This document shows, one piece after another, positions 35,290 through 48,150 of a stretch of 64,000 nt of DNA. The position numbers were made by a program, and so were the translations under genes. The first letter of the stretch is position 1. Each line of letters begins with the position of its first letter. The DNA comes from Squalus acanthias. Taxonomy: Eukaryota. The notes beneath the pieces were generated by a model, which was not told the DNA's origin, did no database searches, and was given only the letters and a program-made list of their open reading frames with translations. The stretch is from the NCBI GenBank assembly GCA_030390025.1, contig CM059432.1:127226001-127290000 (forward strand). The letters are read 5' to 3'.

Positions 35290-36616
35290 TTTATATTTTG
35301 TGCCAGGTTGAAAATTAACATTTTTTTAATATATGAAAATATGTAGCAAGCAGTAATAACATTCTGCTTTTGCATAGGAAACAAGATTTTAAATTGTATT
35401 CAAACATAATAGATACATCTCCACCAGCTAGGGAAATTGTTCTAGGTGCAGATGGGATTATTAAAGAAGATTTTACCGCCTTTCATGTCAGTGCTGGTTT
35501 CAAGTCTTTCATCTTCCTTTACTTCTGGTGTCAGAGCAACATTTGTGTGACCTTTTGCTCAGTCAGTATCATTACATATTTAAGTGTGAAGTTCTCATCA
35601 GTCATGTGTTCCAGAATGCATAGGAGAAGTCTCGATAAAAGAGAGGATGAAAGTGCAGTGACACACCTCAACAGCTCTTTTAACTGAGAAAATCATTCAT
35701 TAGCTGGAAAACATGCGTTGTTACCTCGAATGAATAGACAGCCGTGAACGTAAAACCTTAAATGTCAAGGTTTTTCTTCTCGCTTTCCTTTCAATACTAA
35801 ATCTAAATTTACGAATGAGAGATTGTTTTAATTCTGCTGAGTTGAGATTTAAAATCCTTCACCTATATGGGTTGTTACTCTGATGATTTATGGGTTGAAA
35901 CTCAGTCTTGGTCTTAATGCATCAGTTAAGCTCATGATGTCACTCAGTGGGACATTTCAAATGAATAGAGGAGAGAACATCATTTGACTGACATTTTAGG
36001 TTGCAGTATCTTGAACCTGTCAGCAGTGGATTTTAATGAGGCATCCATTACCTTTCAGAATTTTACACTTATCCTAAAGATTTATTTTAATGCATTCAAA
36101 ATCAAAGTCTGGCTGACAATGTCAGCTGTCGCTGTTTCTGTTCATATTTTATCGTGCCAACTTTTATTAGTTTGAAAGTTCATCTTCCTGGGGAAACTGA
36201 ATCCTGGAGTTTTGTAAATAAATCAAAAATAATGCACATTGCTCCAGAGCCCTGTGAATGTGGTCAGTCTCCCTGGTAACTGTTATATAGCGACATATCT
36301 GGAACTTATTAGCAAATGTTATAGCATTATTATTACTGCCCCCCGCCATAGATTACATTTTATCAATTTAACCCCTTTCACCCCTTGTAGAAGACACCAT
36401 AAACTGACGTTGAACCAGAAACATTGTGGAAAGATATGAAGTTAGGTTCTAAATATAGCACATAACTTACACCCTTTTGATTTATTTAATTGCAACATGG
36501 CTAATAATTTCTTTTGATTAAATCTCAAACCAAAATTATCCACTTTGACAGTGCAAACACTGGAGGCCTGCATTGGTGTCACTGAAGTTCCTTTGAGTGC
36601 AGAAAGTGATGGAGGA

Positions 36617-38247
36617 TAAAAACAGAAACAGCTGGAGATACTCAGCAGGTCAGGCAGCATCTGTGAAGAGAGAAACAGAGTTAACGTTTCAGGTCGATGA
36701 CCTTTCGTCAGAACTGGAAAAAAGCAGGAAATGGAACAGATTTTTAAGCCATTGTAGGGGCTGGGAAAGGGGGGAGGGGATGAAAGAACAAAAGGGAAGG
36801 TCTGTGATAGGATAGAAGGCAGGAGAGATTAAGAGACATTAAGAGATATTCAAGGCAAAAGGAGATGGTAATGGGACAGGTTAAGAAACAAAGGAAGTGT
36901 AAATTGCGCTGGCAGAATGAAAGACAGCTGCCATGTGGGAGAGAAGAAAAAAAGACACAGACAAAAAGTGTGGATAAAATATATATATGATAGGGGCCGA
37001 GGTTATGATCTGAAATTGTTGAACTCTATGTTGAGTCCAGAAGGCTGTAAAGTGCCTAATCGAAAGATGAGGTGCTGTTCCTCGCACTTACGCTGAGCTT
37101 CCGTGGAACAATGCAAGAGGCCGAGGACGGTGAGGTCTGAGTGGGAGTGGAGCGGAGAATTAAAGTGACAGGCGACCGGAAGCTCGGGGTCCCCCTTATG
37201 GACTGAACGGAGGTGTTCTGCAAAGCGGTCACCCAATCTGCGTTTGGTCTCCCCAATGTAGAGGAGACCGCATCGTGAGCAGCGAATACAGTATATTAAA
37301 TGGCAAGAAGTACAAGTAAATCGCTGTTTCACCTGGAAGGGGTGTTTGGGGCCCTGGACAGTGGGAAGGGGGGAGGTATAAGGGCATATGTTGCATCTCC
37401 TGCGCTTGGACGGGAAGGTGCCGGGCGAAGGGGAAGGGGTGTTGGGGGTGATAGAGGAGTGGACCAGGGTGTCGCGGAGGGAGCGGTCCCTTCGGAATGC
37501 TGAAAGGGGAGGTGAGGGGAAGATGTGTTTGGTGGTGGGATCACGCTGGAGGTGGCGGAAATGGCGGAGGATGATCCGTTGAATGTGGATGCGGGTGGGG
37601 TGAAAGGTGAGGACAAGGGGAATTCTATCGTGGTTCAGGGAGGGGCAGGGGTGAGGGCAGAAGTGCGGGAGATAGAACGGACACGGTCGAGGCCGTGTCA
37701 ACCACAGTAGAGGGGAATCCTCGGTTGGGGAAAAAGGAAGACATGTCGGAAGCACTAGTATGGAAGGTGGCATCGTCAGAGCAGATGCGACGGAGAAACT
37801 GGGAGAATGGAATAGAGTCCTTACAGGAGGAGGGATGGGAGGAAGTGTAGTCCAGGTAGCTGTGGGAATCAGTGGGCTTGTAGTGAATGTTTGTCAATAA
37901 CCTATCCCCAGAGATGGAGACGGAGAAGTCGAGGAAGGGAAGGGAAGAGTCGGAGATGGACCATGTGAAGGTGAGGGAAGGGTGGAAATTGGAAGCAAAG
38001 TGAATGAAATTAGTTCAGGCGAGAGTAGGAAACGGCACCGATACAGTCATCAATGTACCAGAAAAAGAGGTGAGGGAGGGGACCTGAGTAGGACTGGAAC
38101 AAAGAGTGTTCCACATATCCCACGAAAAGGCAGGCATAGCTAGGACCCATGCGGGTTCCCATAGCAACACCTTTGATTTGGAGGAAGTGAGTGGAGTCAA
38201 AGGAGAAGTTGTTCAATGTGAGAACAAGTTCAGCCAGGCGGAGGAGG
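36617..38247 (-). mobile_element. Penelope-like retroelement, 5'-truncated and frameshifted (RT + GIY-YIG endonuclease + pLTR)
   Basis: RT: GVAMGTRMGPSYACLF..YIDD, YKPTDSHSYLDYTSSHP. Endonuclease: CNICP..LIYCIRCSRCGLLYIGETKRRLGDRFAEH..GLNIE (ORF 37003-37773). Confidence 0.95.
36679..36715 (-). ncRNA. Minimal type-I hammerhead motif (family B), intact
   Basis: AGTT-CTGACGA-A-AGGTC-atc-GACCT-GAAA-CG-T-T-AACT: stem I AGUU/AACU, stem II 5 bp, palindromic ACGU stem III. Confidence 0.82.
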
Positions 38248-38599
38248 ATGTCTTGCTTCACAGGAGCAAATTCAAATTTCAAAAAACCTGCATCAAAAAT
38301 GGAATTGCTTATTAAAGGTAATATGGAGGGGGTTTGTCTCTAATTGATGGGTTCAGAGCAGTAATGTGCAAGAGAGTAGGCGACATTAAAGATTTTCAGC
38401 ATTGAATCTTGTACAGGTCAGGCTTTTTCCCCTGCTTGAGCATTTTAAATTTATTACCTGAACGAGATTTTTTAACCCATGCTCCATACTTTTGTATTTT
38501 TTAGACATTAAAGTTTTGGAATTAATTACTTATACAGTTTAGTGATTTATAAACGGGCTTCTACCAATGGCACAGCTTCTAAAGATGGAACAACTGATG

Positions 38600-38850
38600 G
38601 ATTCTGATCAGGAAGATCCCAGGTTTGAGCCCCTGTCTGTGCTGAGTTAACTGAACACCGTTAGGTGAGCAGCATCAGTTTTGCAATTGGCCTCAGCACT
38701 CAAGGAAGAGAAAAATAGGCCAGAGTTTCCACTCCAGATTGCTGTCCACCAACCCTCGCTAAAAGTACATGAATGCTGGGTGAGGAAAGAATTGGGCTTG
38801 GTTACGCAGCCCGGTGCAGTTGGATACCCTATCTGGGATTTGTAGATAAA
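38600..38850 (+). mobile_element. Ancient tRNA-type SINE remnant
   Basis: CCCAGGTTTGAGCCC (B-box-like) followed by CTGTGCTGAGTTAACTGA; a related antisense piece lies near 63490-63570. Family not assigned. Confidence 0.35.
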
Positions 38851-40321
38851 TAATGGGCATGTGGGGAGGTAATGAAGAGTGCCCAAAGCTCATGGAACCA
38901 TAACCCAGCAAGGAGTCAATGCCTTCAGGAAAAGAGGAGAAAACTTTGCCAGAAAAAAATATTCTTTCTATTTTAACACACTGCAAATAATTAAAAAACT
39001 GACCAATAAAATCCTGCAATAGAATTTTTAATGTTGACAGATTGTACTCCTTGCGTATCACAAAAATACTCTTGCAGATAACGGCAATATCTACAGAGCT
39101 GAAAAAGTGGCAATATATGAATTGGCATCCAGTAGAGAAATTTAAGGGATTAAAGCTACTTCCTACACAGACGCGATTCACTGGGACCTTCTACCAGAGG
39201 AAACAATTATTTTTAGAAACTTGTTAAAAATTGCAGAGGCAGGCAGAGATATGAAGCAGCACTTCAGGAGATGGACAGCTGAAGAAAGAAAGATGGTTTG
39301 ACGCAGACAATCCAAGAACATGTTTAAAAGCATTAGATACTACAAACTAATTGACAATGCTTGTCAGTGTGTTGCACCTAATGCCTGAAATAAGCACTGC
39401 TTGTAAAATATCACCAGTTTCAATTTACAATAAAAATTGAAAGGCAAATTTATTTTAATGCTTGGACAGATGACTTGCTTTATGGCAGACTTCATTAAAA
39501 CTGGTGCATGGAGAGTGATATTCTTCAGAAGACTATACAACATAATGGAGCATACAACAGCATAATCAATGTTGGTACATTTTAATAATGATATATTCCT
39601 TACAAGTCCTAAAGCAAGGTGAATAGGCCACCAGGTAGTTTAGTTAGTTTATATTTGTCCGCAAGGACATTTTTCATCGTCACGAAGGCCCCATAGGTGA
39701 AGATTTGAGGTGCACTATCTCTGTCCAATTCAAAAGCAGTTGAGAAATGCCTAACTATGGCATGGCCAATTGAATCCTAGTTAACAGTCTGTCGGGTCAG
39801 AGATGATCAGATGATTTTTTTAGGAGCACCTGCTGTTTACTCTTCACGCCAGCGAGTTGGTAAGGAAATTCAAAGGAATCAGGAAAGATTGACCATATTA
39901 GGTGTCTCAATGTTGTTGGATAGAACAAATCAGAGTGAATTAGCAACATGATTTCGTCACGAGGTCTATTCACCAATTTTGCTACTGCATCTGAACAACA
40001 AAGTTGTGAAGGAGCTATGATGCAGAGGACTAGTAACTATGGGAGGGGAATAGGATGCAGTATGCCTGACTCAAAATGCACAGTCGCATGCAGTTGGGTA
40101 ATCACTAGCTTGGTGTGCAGTTAGCGAGCCCAAATGGGAGCGTAATATTGAATAGCAGAATGCGAGAGCAGATGAACATTTACTCCTGAGGCAGAGCTGG
40201 CTTGGTGATAAGGTTATTTTGGGTTTTGACTTTTTCAGCAGTTTTCAGTGATCTTTGTAAGTTAATTAAACAAGATGATTTAGAATTATACTGAGTTCAC
40301 AAGAGTCTCACACACTTTTTT

Positions 40322-40745
40322 AAATTAATTTGCAGGATGTGGGCATCTATATCCCTAATTGAGAAGATGGTAGTGAACCACCTTCTTAAACCACTGCAGT
40401 CTGTGTGGTGAAGGTCTGTTTAGTAGCAGTTTGGTGCAATTGGACTAATGGCTTTGTAGGCCATTTCAGAGGGCAGTTAAGAGTCAACCACATTGCTGTG
40501 GGTCTGGAGTCACATATAGGCCAGACCAGGTAAGGATGGCAGATTTCTTTCACATTAGTGAACCAGATGGGTTTTTATGATAATCTGGTAGTTTCATGAT
40601 TACTGATGCTAGCTTTTTAATTCCAGATTTATTTAATTAACTGATTTTAAACCTCATGGTGGGATTTGAACTCATGTTTCATGCATCATTTGTCCAGGTC
40701 TCCGGATTACTAGTCCCGTAACATAACCACTATGCTACTGTACCC
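40322..40745 (-). mobile_element. tRNA-headed SINE with CR1-group LINE tail
   Basis: Minus strand begins TAGCATAGTGGTT (A box) ... GAGTTCAAATCCC (B box); the 3' part matches the tail of the LINE at 26078 / 55284. Confidence 0.65.
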
Positions 40746-41058
40746 TCACTTTGTGGTACTTGGTTGAAGTTGCTGTTTGAGGCAGTAGTCCACCATAAAT
40801 TTCATATCATTAATGAGTGTGGTTACCAGGGTGGAAAAGTCACTAACTTAAGTAGCAAAGGCACTGTCATAGACATAGATGAATTTCCGCAATCTGGTCA
40901 CAGGCAGGTTGTTTCTGTACAGATTAAAAAGGTACGGTGCTAGAATTGATCCCTGCGGGAAGGCATCGATTTCGTATTTCCACAAGCTGGTGTGGTCAAC
41001 CATGTGTAGAAACGTCAGTCCTGTAGCAGTAATTTGTAAGGGTTTTTGTCTCCCAGCC

Positions 41059-42752
41059 TGTGAGATTCGTGCGGCTCTGTGCAGCCCGGGTGCTAGTGCG
41101 GGTTTAGGCCTTGTTGCCTGTTCTGGTCTCCAGCCAGTCTGGGAGCACTAGACACACCTGTGAGTGGTTCGACCCACTCGCCCTTACGGTTCTAGACACT
41201 GGACTTAGATGCGAGAGCAGTAATGGAGATGAAACTCAGGTAGACTCGGTTGAATGGTACGAAATGGAAAATCTTTATTGCATAATAATTAAGATTACGA
41301 AATACATGTCATAAGCACAGATTAATGACAGTACAATCTTACACGCAGTTATGTAATTAATTTCAGGGAAACGAGGAACGAACGACACATCGTAAATGGG
41401 GGCACACATTACAATTATCCTTAATACTTGAAACCCTCCCCTATCAATATCTGTCCTAAGCTAGATTCGTAGGATTCGAGACTCATGCTCACCACTCGTG
41501 ATAACTCGGAGAATTCCGAAAACTCTGATCGGATGTTTTTCACCGCAGCGCCCACGTGTCGATCAGGGGGTCTCCTGGCCCCACTTGTTTACTCGTTTCT
41601 GCTCCGGCTAGCAGGCTGGAACGTCTGCTGTCATGAAGATCTGTGTTGTACTCGGAGTTCCGACTCTACTCAAAAAAGAGTCTTCCTGTGCCCTCGCACT
41701 GATGCGATAAAATTCGAAGAAGAGTCTTCCTGTGTCAGTTCTGTAGAACTCAAAGAAGTCTTCCTGGCAAGGAAAATGTCTATTCGACCTACAGGCGCGG
41801 TCGGGGCTTACTGACCGTGGCGATAAGTATGGTCTTCTTCCCTTCTCATCTCATCTCATCTCATCTCATCTCGGGCCTTCGGTTCCAACACCGTTTACCG
41901 ACTTATCGGAATGGTGCGCCCGCTTCAAGGCTTCAGAGCCCAGTTCTACACAGGTCTTCGCGACACGACACGAGGTAGATTCGAGCGGATCGTAAAGTTC
42001 AACAGTCTTTTGAAAAAAAAAACACGAGGCAAGCAGGAACAAGACGGCGAGTCAAGAGCAGCCACGAGGATAAACACCAGCAGGATAAGAGTCAACCGAA
42101 TAAGAGTCAAGAGTCAAGAGAAAGATGGACGGTTTGGAGCTTGCAATTATAGTGCAAAATCTTCCGTTTCCCGCCCAACCTTAATGTCTTTTCTTTTGTT
42201 AGGGTTTTTGGCGCTCAAATGTCTTGTATAGGGTGATCTTCGTTTTAATGGGTTTCGGGGCTACTCGTAATTGTCTGAGTACCTGTTAATATTTCTCCCA
42301 TTGTTTAATCGGTCGGTGTTCTCCCCGGAGGGGTTTTGGGGCTTCCAAATGTTTTCTGTAACTACCCGCTAACGGCTCTTTCATCGTAGAGTCGTTGGGA
42401 TTCTACATATTAATGTCTTTGGATGGGTTCTTGATTACTTGGTACAACAGCCCTCATTCGCACCTGGGAGACCGATTTCAGTATTTATGTGTATACTGTA
42501 AACCCATGTCTCGTGTATTACCTTCAATGTGCTGAGTCTTAATCGATCTTGCACAAATGTTTATTGGAACGCCATCTTGTCTGCCTGTTGAAAAGTCTAG
42601 AATGTTCTGCCATGAGGCGCGGCGGCCATTTTACAAGCTGCTTGTGTCCACTTTGAAAACCTGACAGCATTCTGCTGAAATAAAAGCTGTTTGAACGAAA
42701 CTATGTGTTTTTCTCCTTATTAATAAAATCGCGATATATTGCGAATTCTACA
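41059..42752 (-). mobile_element. Solo-LTR-like insertion (1.7 kb)
   Basis: TG...CA ends with imperfect inverted termini (TGTGAGATTCG vs TGTAGAATTCG). CpG-rich; minus-strand AATAAA near 41275 and TATAA near 42150; interrupts a LINE RT; no TSD seen. Confidence 0.6.
41844..41872. repeat. (TCTCA)n pentanucleotide repeat
   Basis: Directly visible, inside the LTR-like insert. Confidence 0.9.
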
Positions 42753-43879
42753 AATTCAACCAAGCAAGTGGCCCAATATGGCAGGACTCTCGATGTATTT
42801 GCCAGACAGGCTGCTGTTAGATCAAGAAAGACAACAGTAGACTTAAGGTTTTTGAAAGATAATTTTCAATGCAAATGGTTAGGTTGAGTACTTGCTCACA
42901 AGTGCTGTAGCAATGGCAGAAGCTAGCTTAGTCTGGGTCAGTGCAGCATCCACGAATGTAGATATATGTTGTCAAACCAGTCGCTCGAGTATCTTATAGC
43001 AAACACTCAGGAGAGAGATTGGTCGGTAGCTTGCTACTAACTGTGGGTCCTTGCCTGGCTTAAGTAGGCCAATGTTCTTTGCTCGGCACCATACTGCTGG
43101 AATTCAACCTTCAAAGACGACACCAGTGAAGAAAAGTGATGGCCAATTACAAGCTTGTGGACCAAGGTTCTTCAAAAATTCATGGTATATATTGTTGTAG
43201 TTGGCTGCAGTACCAGCTTTCATATTATTCAGGACATTCGAGTTCTGGTGGGGGTATTTGTTTGGGACATTCTGACAAAAGTGGTGGCAAGATTTTGTTG
43301 CAGGGGACTCTTGCCACTTTTAGTAGGTGACTGGCATCGGCATTGGTTGACAAAGATGACCGGGTCTGCGCTGGTGGACATTGAGCAGCACCCAGGTGAT
43401 GATTGAGGCTCCAGCTTTTCCAACACGAGCGAGTAAAATCCATCTGTGAGGTTGACTCTTCCCAACGAGCAGCATCAAGTAATTTAAGCAAGTGGTTTGC
43501 AATGTCTGGGTCGTCAGAATCTTCGTACAGTTCCAATAGTGCAGGGCACTCTTTTTCTAGGCTCTGTTCTCTCTCTCTTGCCTCAACATCCTTTCGAACC
43601 TTCAATCTTGTTTCCAAACAGATATTTTGTCAGAAGTTAATTGGCACAGCATTACCTACTTTTTTGGAGTCTGCTCCATAGATCCACTACTCTGCAGAGA
43701 GAAATATTCTTCAACGTGAATATGTAAGTAGGAGCCATGTGGGTTTGAGTCGGTGAAATCCAAAGCCCCTCCTCTAAACATCCATCACAGAATATTTCCC
43801 ACACTGATGTTGTGGTGGTTTATTTGGTTAAAGGGGAAACGAGCGGCACATTGCCACCTAAGATCTAGATTGGAATGCC

Positions 43880-44195
43880 CTAACCCTGTTAAAAATGATA
43901 ACGGGATTCGGTAGGGAAGATACAGAAAAACTATTTCCAAAATCCAGAACAAGTGAGCATAATCTTAAAATTAGAGCTAGGCCATTTAGGAATGAAATCA
44001 GGAAGCACTTTTTCACACAAAGGGTAGTGGAAATCTCTCAACAGTGTTGTGATTCATAGATTTGTTAGGTAAGGGTATCAAGGGATACGGAGCAAAGTTG
44101 GGTAAATGGAGTTGAGGTACAGATCAGCCACAATTTAATAGGATGATGAAACAGGCTTGAGGAGCTGAATAGTCATTTCCTATTCCTGTGTTTTA
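43880..44195 (+). mobile_element. CR1 3' fragment
   Basis: Colinear with 25665-26025. Confidence 0.75.
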
Positions 44196-44790
44196 ATGAT
44201 TCAAGAACACTGCTTTATTCATTTTCACAAGTTATGATCAAAATGATGAATTTGTCTTTGCTCAACTGCTCCCTAGGACAGCTTCACTGTGAAATTTAAG
44301 TTCCAGTCAATGTCTAGAGATCACGGAGGCTGCTGTGCGCGCTCGTCACAATGTTAGGTGGTACCCCATTGTTTTCAATCTGTCATGTAACATGTTTACA
44401 ACACCAACTACTGTTGCAATACCTTTATAATCTGGAGACCATTCGTCACTTTTAATATATAATAGAGTTCAGAAAAAATGAGGGGACGAACGTTGTTTAT
44501 CTCGAGATAAGTTTGTTTTCAAAGTGCCTCAAATACAGTATTTCATAGTTTGGGTGGTACAAGATAAAAGGAGGATGCTGGAGATCAGTAGCTCCCAGAC
44601 CATATGTGCTGGCCTTGACACACTCAGCTGTGAACGAGGACAACTGCTTCAGCTTCATGTTGGTCAGCAGGGTGCTCGCTGCAGAGCTTTACCATCTGCA
44701 ATAAGCCAACTGCAGGCAAACTGCAATGTATGGATAGCACATCCCTCAGTTGTTCTGCTTGTGACTCATTACACTGCAATATCAGCTAAT

Positions 44791-45543
44791 GGCCCGGATT
44801 TTACAGTGCCAATGACGGTGTGTGCACAGTGTAAGCCTTGAAAAAGGCCCCGCAAGTTCCGGGTTCCTGCATGCGCTGCGCATACGCGAAAACCCGGAAC
44901 TTGCGACCTGTCAAGGTTCGCCTTGACAGATCTACCGCACCGACTCAAAAATCACTTTCGCTGGCACAGAGTTGGGCTATTTGCCCAACTACTGCCCAGC
45001 AAATGCCCACAAAACTCTTGCACCTGGTAAAAGCAGGCGTGGGGCCTGATTTCACCAGCGTAAGGGTTAATATAAATCTTAAATTAAAAATTAAAAATAA
45101 AAAAACCACGCACAAACATTTAAAATTAGTTCATGTAAATTTTGGCCTGGATTAAAATGCTTAAAATTATGTTTCAAAAATTTTAATTTTTATTGTAAAT
45201 GCTTCATTTTATTTAAATTGGAAAATGGGAACATTTATTTTTATTCCAGTTGTATAAATTATTTAATTATTTGTGGGTTGGATTCATGCTTATGGGGATT
45301 CAGTTCGTAAATGGAATCCCCATAAGCTTATGAGGAATCCTCCTTTCTGATTGGAGGACCTGGCCCACGGGATCCCAGGGACACTTCCGAACTGCCTGCG
45401 TCCCTGGGCCTTTGCGCAGGTGTATGCCTGCAGGCCCAGGACCCGAAGTCTCCGAAGCCCGGGAGCCAGCAGGGAGGTACGAATTTTTTTTTCAGGTCGG
45501 AGGCGTACTCCAGAGGTACGCCTCCGACCGCAAATTCCGGCCC
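44791..45543. mobile_element. PIF/Harbinger-like MITE
   Basis: TIRs GGCCCGGATTTT / GGGCCGGAATTT; 3-bp TSD AAT on both sides; GC arms around an AT-rich core. Confidence 0.85.
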
Positions 45544-46359
45544 AATGGGTTGCTCTCAGATGAATCAGCATAGCCATCATTTTCATCTCCTTTTTCGCTG
45601 AATAGCATGACACAGCTGCTCAATGCCACTACACTGCTGTATTTAATGAAATACAAGATGCCAATGATTGCCATAAGTCTAACCTGAATGCCGTCCAGGG
45701 TGTCAGTAAATGACCACGTTTCTGTTACCATGGTTTGATGTGTGAAACGCTTGGAAAATATCAGTGTGCAAAGCTTTCTATTGTAAGTTGCAGCTTGAAT
45801 TTGTGGCCTATTAAAGTTTGAGAATGCATGGGACGCAATGAAGGAGCCGTAAGGTTGTGTGAGGTTGGCTTGGGCAGGTGGCACATATGGAATAAATTGA
45901 AAGGCAACATTTTGTGGCCTGTGCATAATGAATGTTACACACAATGCCGAGAGGGAGTCTTGCTTGATGGCATTTTAAATCGAAAATTCAGGTGCATGCT
46001 GCCTATGATTTTCCACATCATTCATTTCATGGTTAGAAGATTGCTCACAGTGTAAATCCAAATTTCTGATTTGCACTGCCCGTGAACAAGGCGCTCCATC
46101 AGCAGCATAGACTAATAACATTTCCCCACTTTTTTTTCATCAGCTATATGTTTGACATGGAAACCAATCACTATGTGTAAGAGTCTGCAAACTAAACTAG
46201 AGAAATCTGGATAAATAGAACTTCTGTTTGTCTTGATAGGGTACAAATACTTTTTCCACATTAAACAAATATTTTGTGTCTGCCTTCACAGTAGAAGAAA
46301 CAAAGAACATACCAGAAATTGTGGGGAACCAAGGGTCTAATGAGAGTGAGGAACTTAAA

Positions 46360-48063
46360 GGCCCAAAAATTGCGGTCGGTGGCGTAGCTACGGAGTACGC
46401 CACCGACCTACGAAAAGAATACGAATTTACCTTGTGCTAGGCCCGGAATGGAGACTTCCTCTTCGGCGCTGCAGAGTTCTGCGCAGCGTATGACGTCAGG
46501 AAGGCCAGGAGCGCAGCGTAAGTGAAGGCACGCCCACAAAAGCTGTCAAAACGAAGGCATGCCCACAGAAACTTCTTTCAGTCTCTTCGATTGAAATGAC
46601 ATTTTAAAAACTTTTAATGAAACTGGTACTTGGACTTACTTCATACATCAGCATTTTGGTTTTTTTTCATCCAAACTCACAATTTATTAGTCCCTACGTA
46701 TACAACTTTTGATACTCAGTAAAGGTCTAACAATGTTTTATATCTCCTACAAGTGATGTTGTTGAACTCCAGAAAGAGATTCCCAGCCATATATTCAATG
46801 TTAATTTTCAGGATTAAAATATATTATTCAGACCTCATTTAGACTGGTAATAGATAAATCTATGTTCCTTGTTGTAAGATGCATTATATTAACTGCGCTG
46901 AGCTTTTCGTTCTGTTAAAGGCTGCCTTACTAATTACTTTGGAGTAACATCTTGAAAGTTTTATTGTCGAGTATGTTGATAATTAGGCTAACATTTATAT
47001 GAAAAGTCAGAGAAATAAATGTTTAGCTGGCTCGAATTTCTGTGATTATCTTGTTCTTCTCATATTTCTGACCGTAATCTATTTGGTGATGGTCATACTT
47101 TTGAACAGACCAGTGGCAACGCGAATGAGAGATTGAGAAATAATCCCATGTTCAGAAGTTCCTCAGGTAAAGTTATGTTACCCAGAGTTTTTTTCCACTG
47201 GTAATCGAAACTCAATTATAAAGAGGCGCCTTACTCCCTCTGACACGATCTCCATTAAACGTTGAACTGAGCGGATACAAGGGTTGCCACATTCCCAGAT
47301 TTATGTTTTATTATCTAATCAGGTTTACCTTTATTTTGGGAGGCGGGAATATTTGATTTGTTTAATATTCCCAGAGAAAAAAACAGTACGAATTCCGCCC
47401 CATACAGAACGTAGAGACCTTCCTGTCATCAGTAAATGCTTTCATGTGCACGGTTATTTGGGAAGGTATTTGTGTAAGCCGCTCATTGTATTTGCATCTT
47501 GCGAGAGACGGAGAACAGCCCAGCCAGGTATGCGTGTGGTGTGAAGCTGTAGAAGTGCTCAATGATCTGTAAATTAGGATCTGCAGCAGCACACATCAAG
47601 GTTATTAAAGTGAACCACATATCTTGTTTGTTATGTTCATTTTTGAGTTGAAAGGACAGAATTGGTCACTGAAATCTGATAGATGTTCAATTTATTTAAC
47701 TTTCTTATTCAACTTCGCAAGTAATTCAAATTAAACTCGACCGACAAAAAAAAGTTTCCTCCACCAAAATGTACACAATATCCATACATAGATCTTCTTT
47801 TGAGATGTCAAACAGGCTCCTGCGCCTGCTTTCACTAACCGGAAGAAAAACGTCCGTAATTTCTGGACAGTTGATGGGCAGATAGCCCAACTCTGCGCCA
47901 GCAATTGGGATTTCCAAGGCAGTGCGGATCATCTGTCAAGTCATACCTTGACGGATCGCAAGTTCAGGATTTAACGCAGGAAATCCGAACTTGCGGTATA
48001 TTTCAAAGGCAGTGTGACGGCGTACTCTGAGTACATCGTCATACCCACCACAAAATCCAGGCC
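46360..48063. mobile_element. 1.7-kb non-autonomous Harbinger-like element
   Basis: TIRs GGCCCAAAAATTGCGGT / GGCCTGGATTTTGTGGT; splits a CR1 ORF cleanly; arms resemble the MITE at 44791. Confidence 0.8.
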
Positions 48064-48150
48064 AATGTGATTAATATTAGTAAAGAAAAAGTACAGGAGA
48101 AATTAATGGGACTTAAAGCTGGCAAATCTCCTGGATCCGATGGCCTACAT

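Larger units (their letters stand above)
40830..43680 (-). mobile_element. Old non-LTR retrotransposon RT remnant, split by the 41059-42752 insert
   Basis: Minus-strand PQGSILAPYLFNLY (~40915-40960) and VVFLDLTAA (~42810-42840); upstream WEESTSQMDFTRS segment. Clade not certain. Confidence 0.65.
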
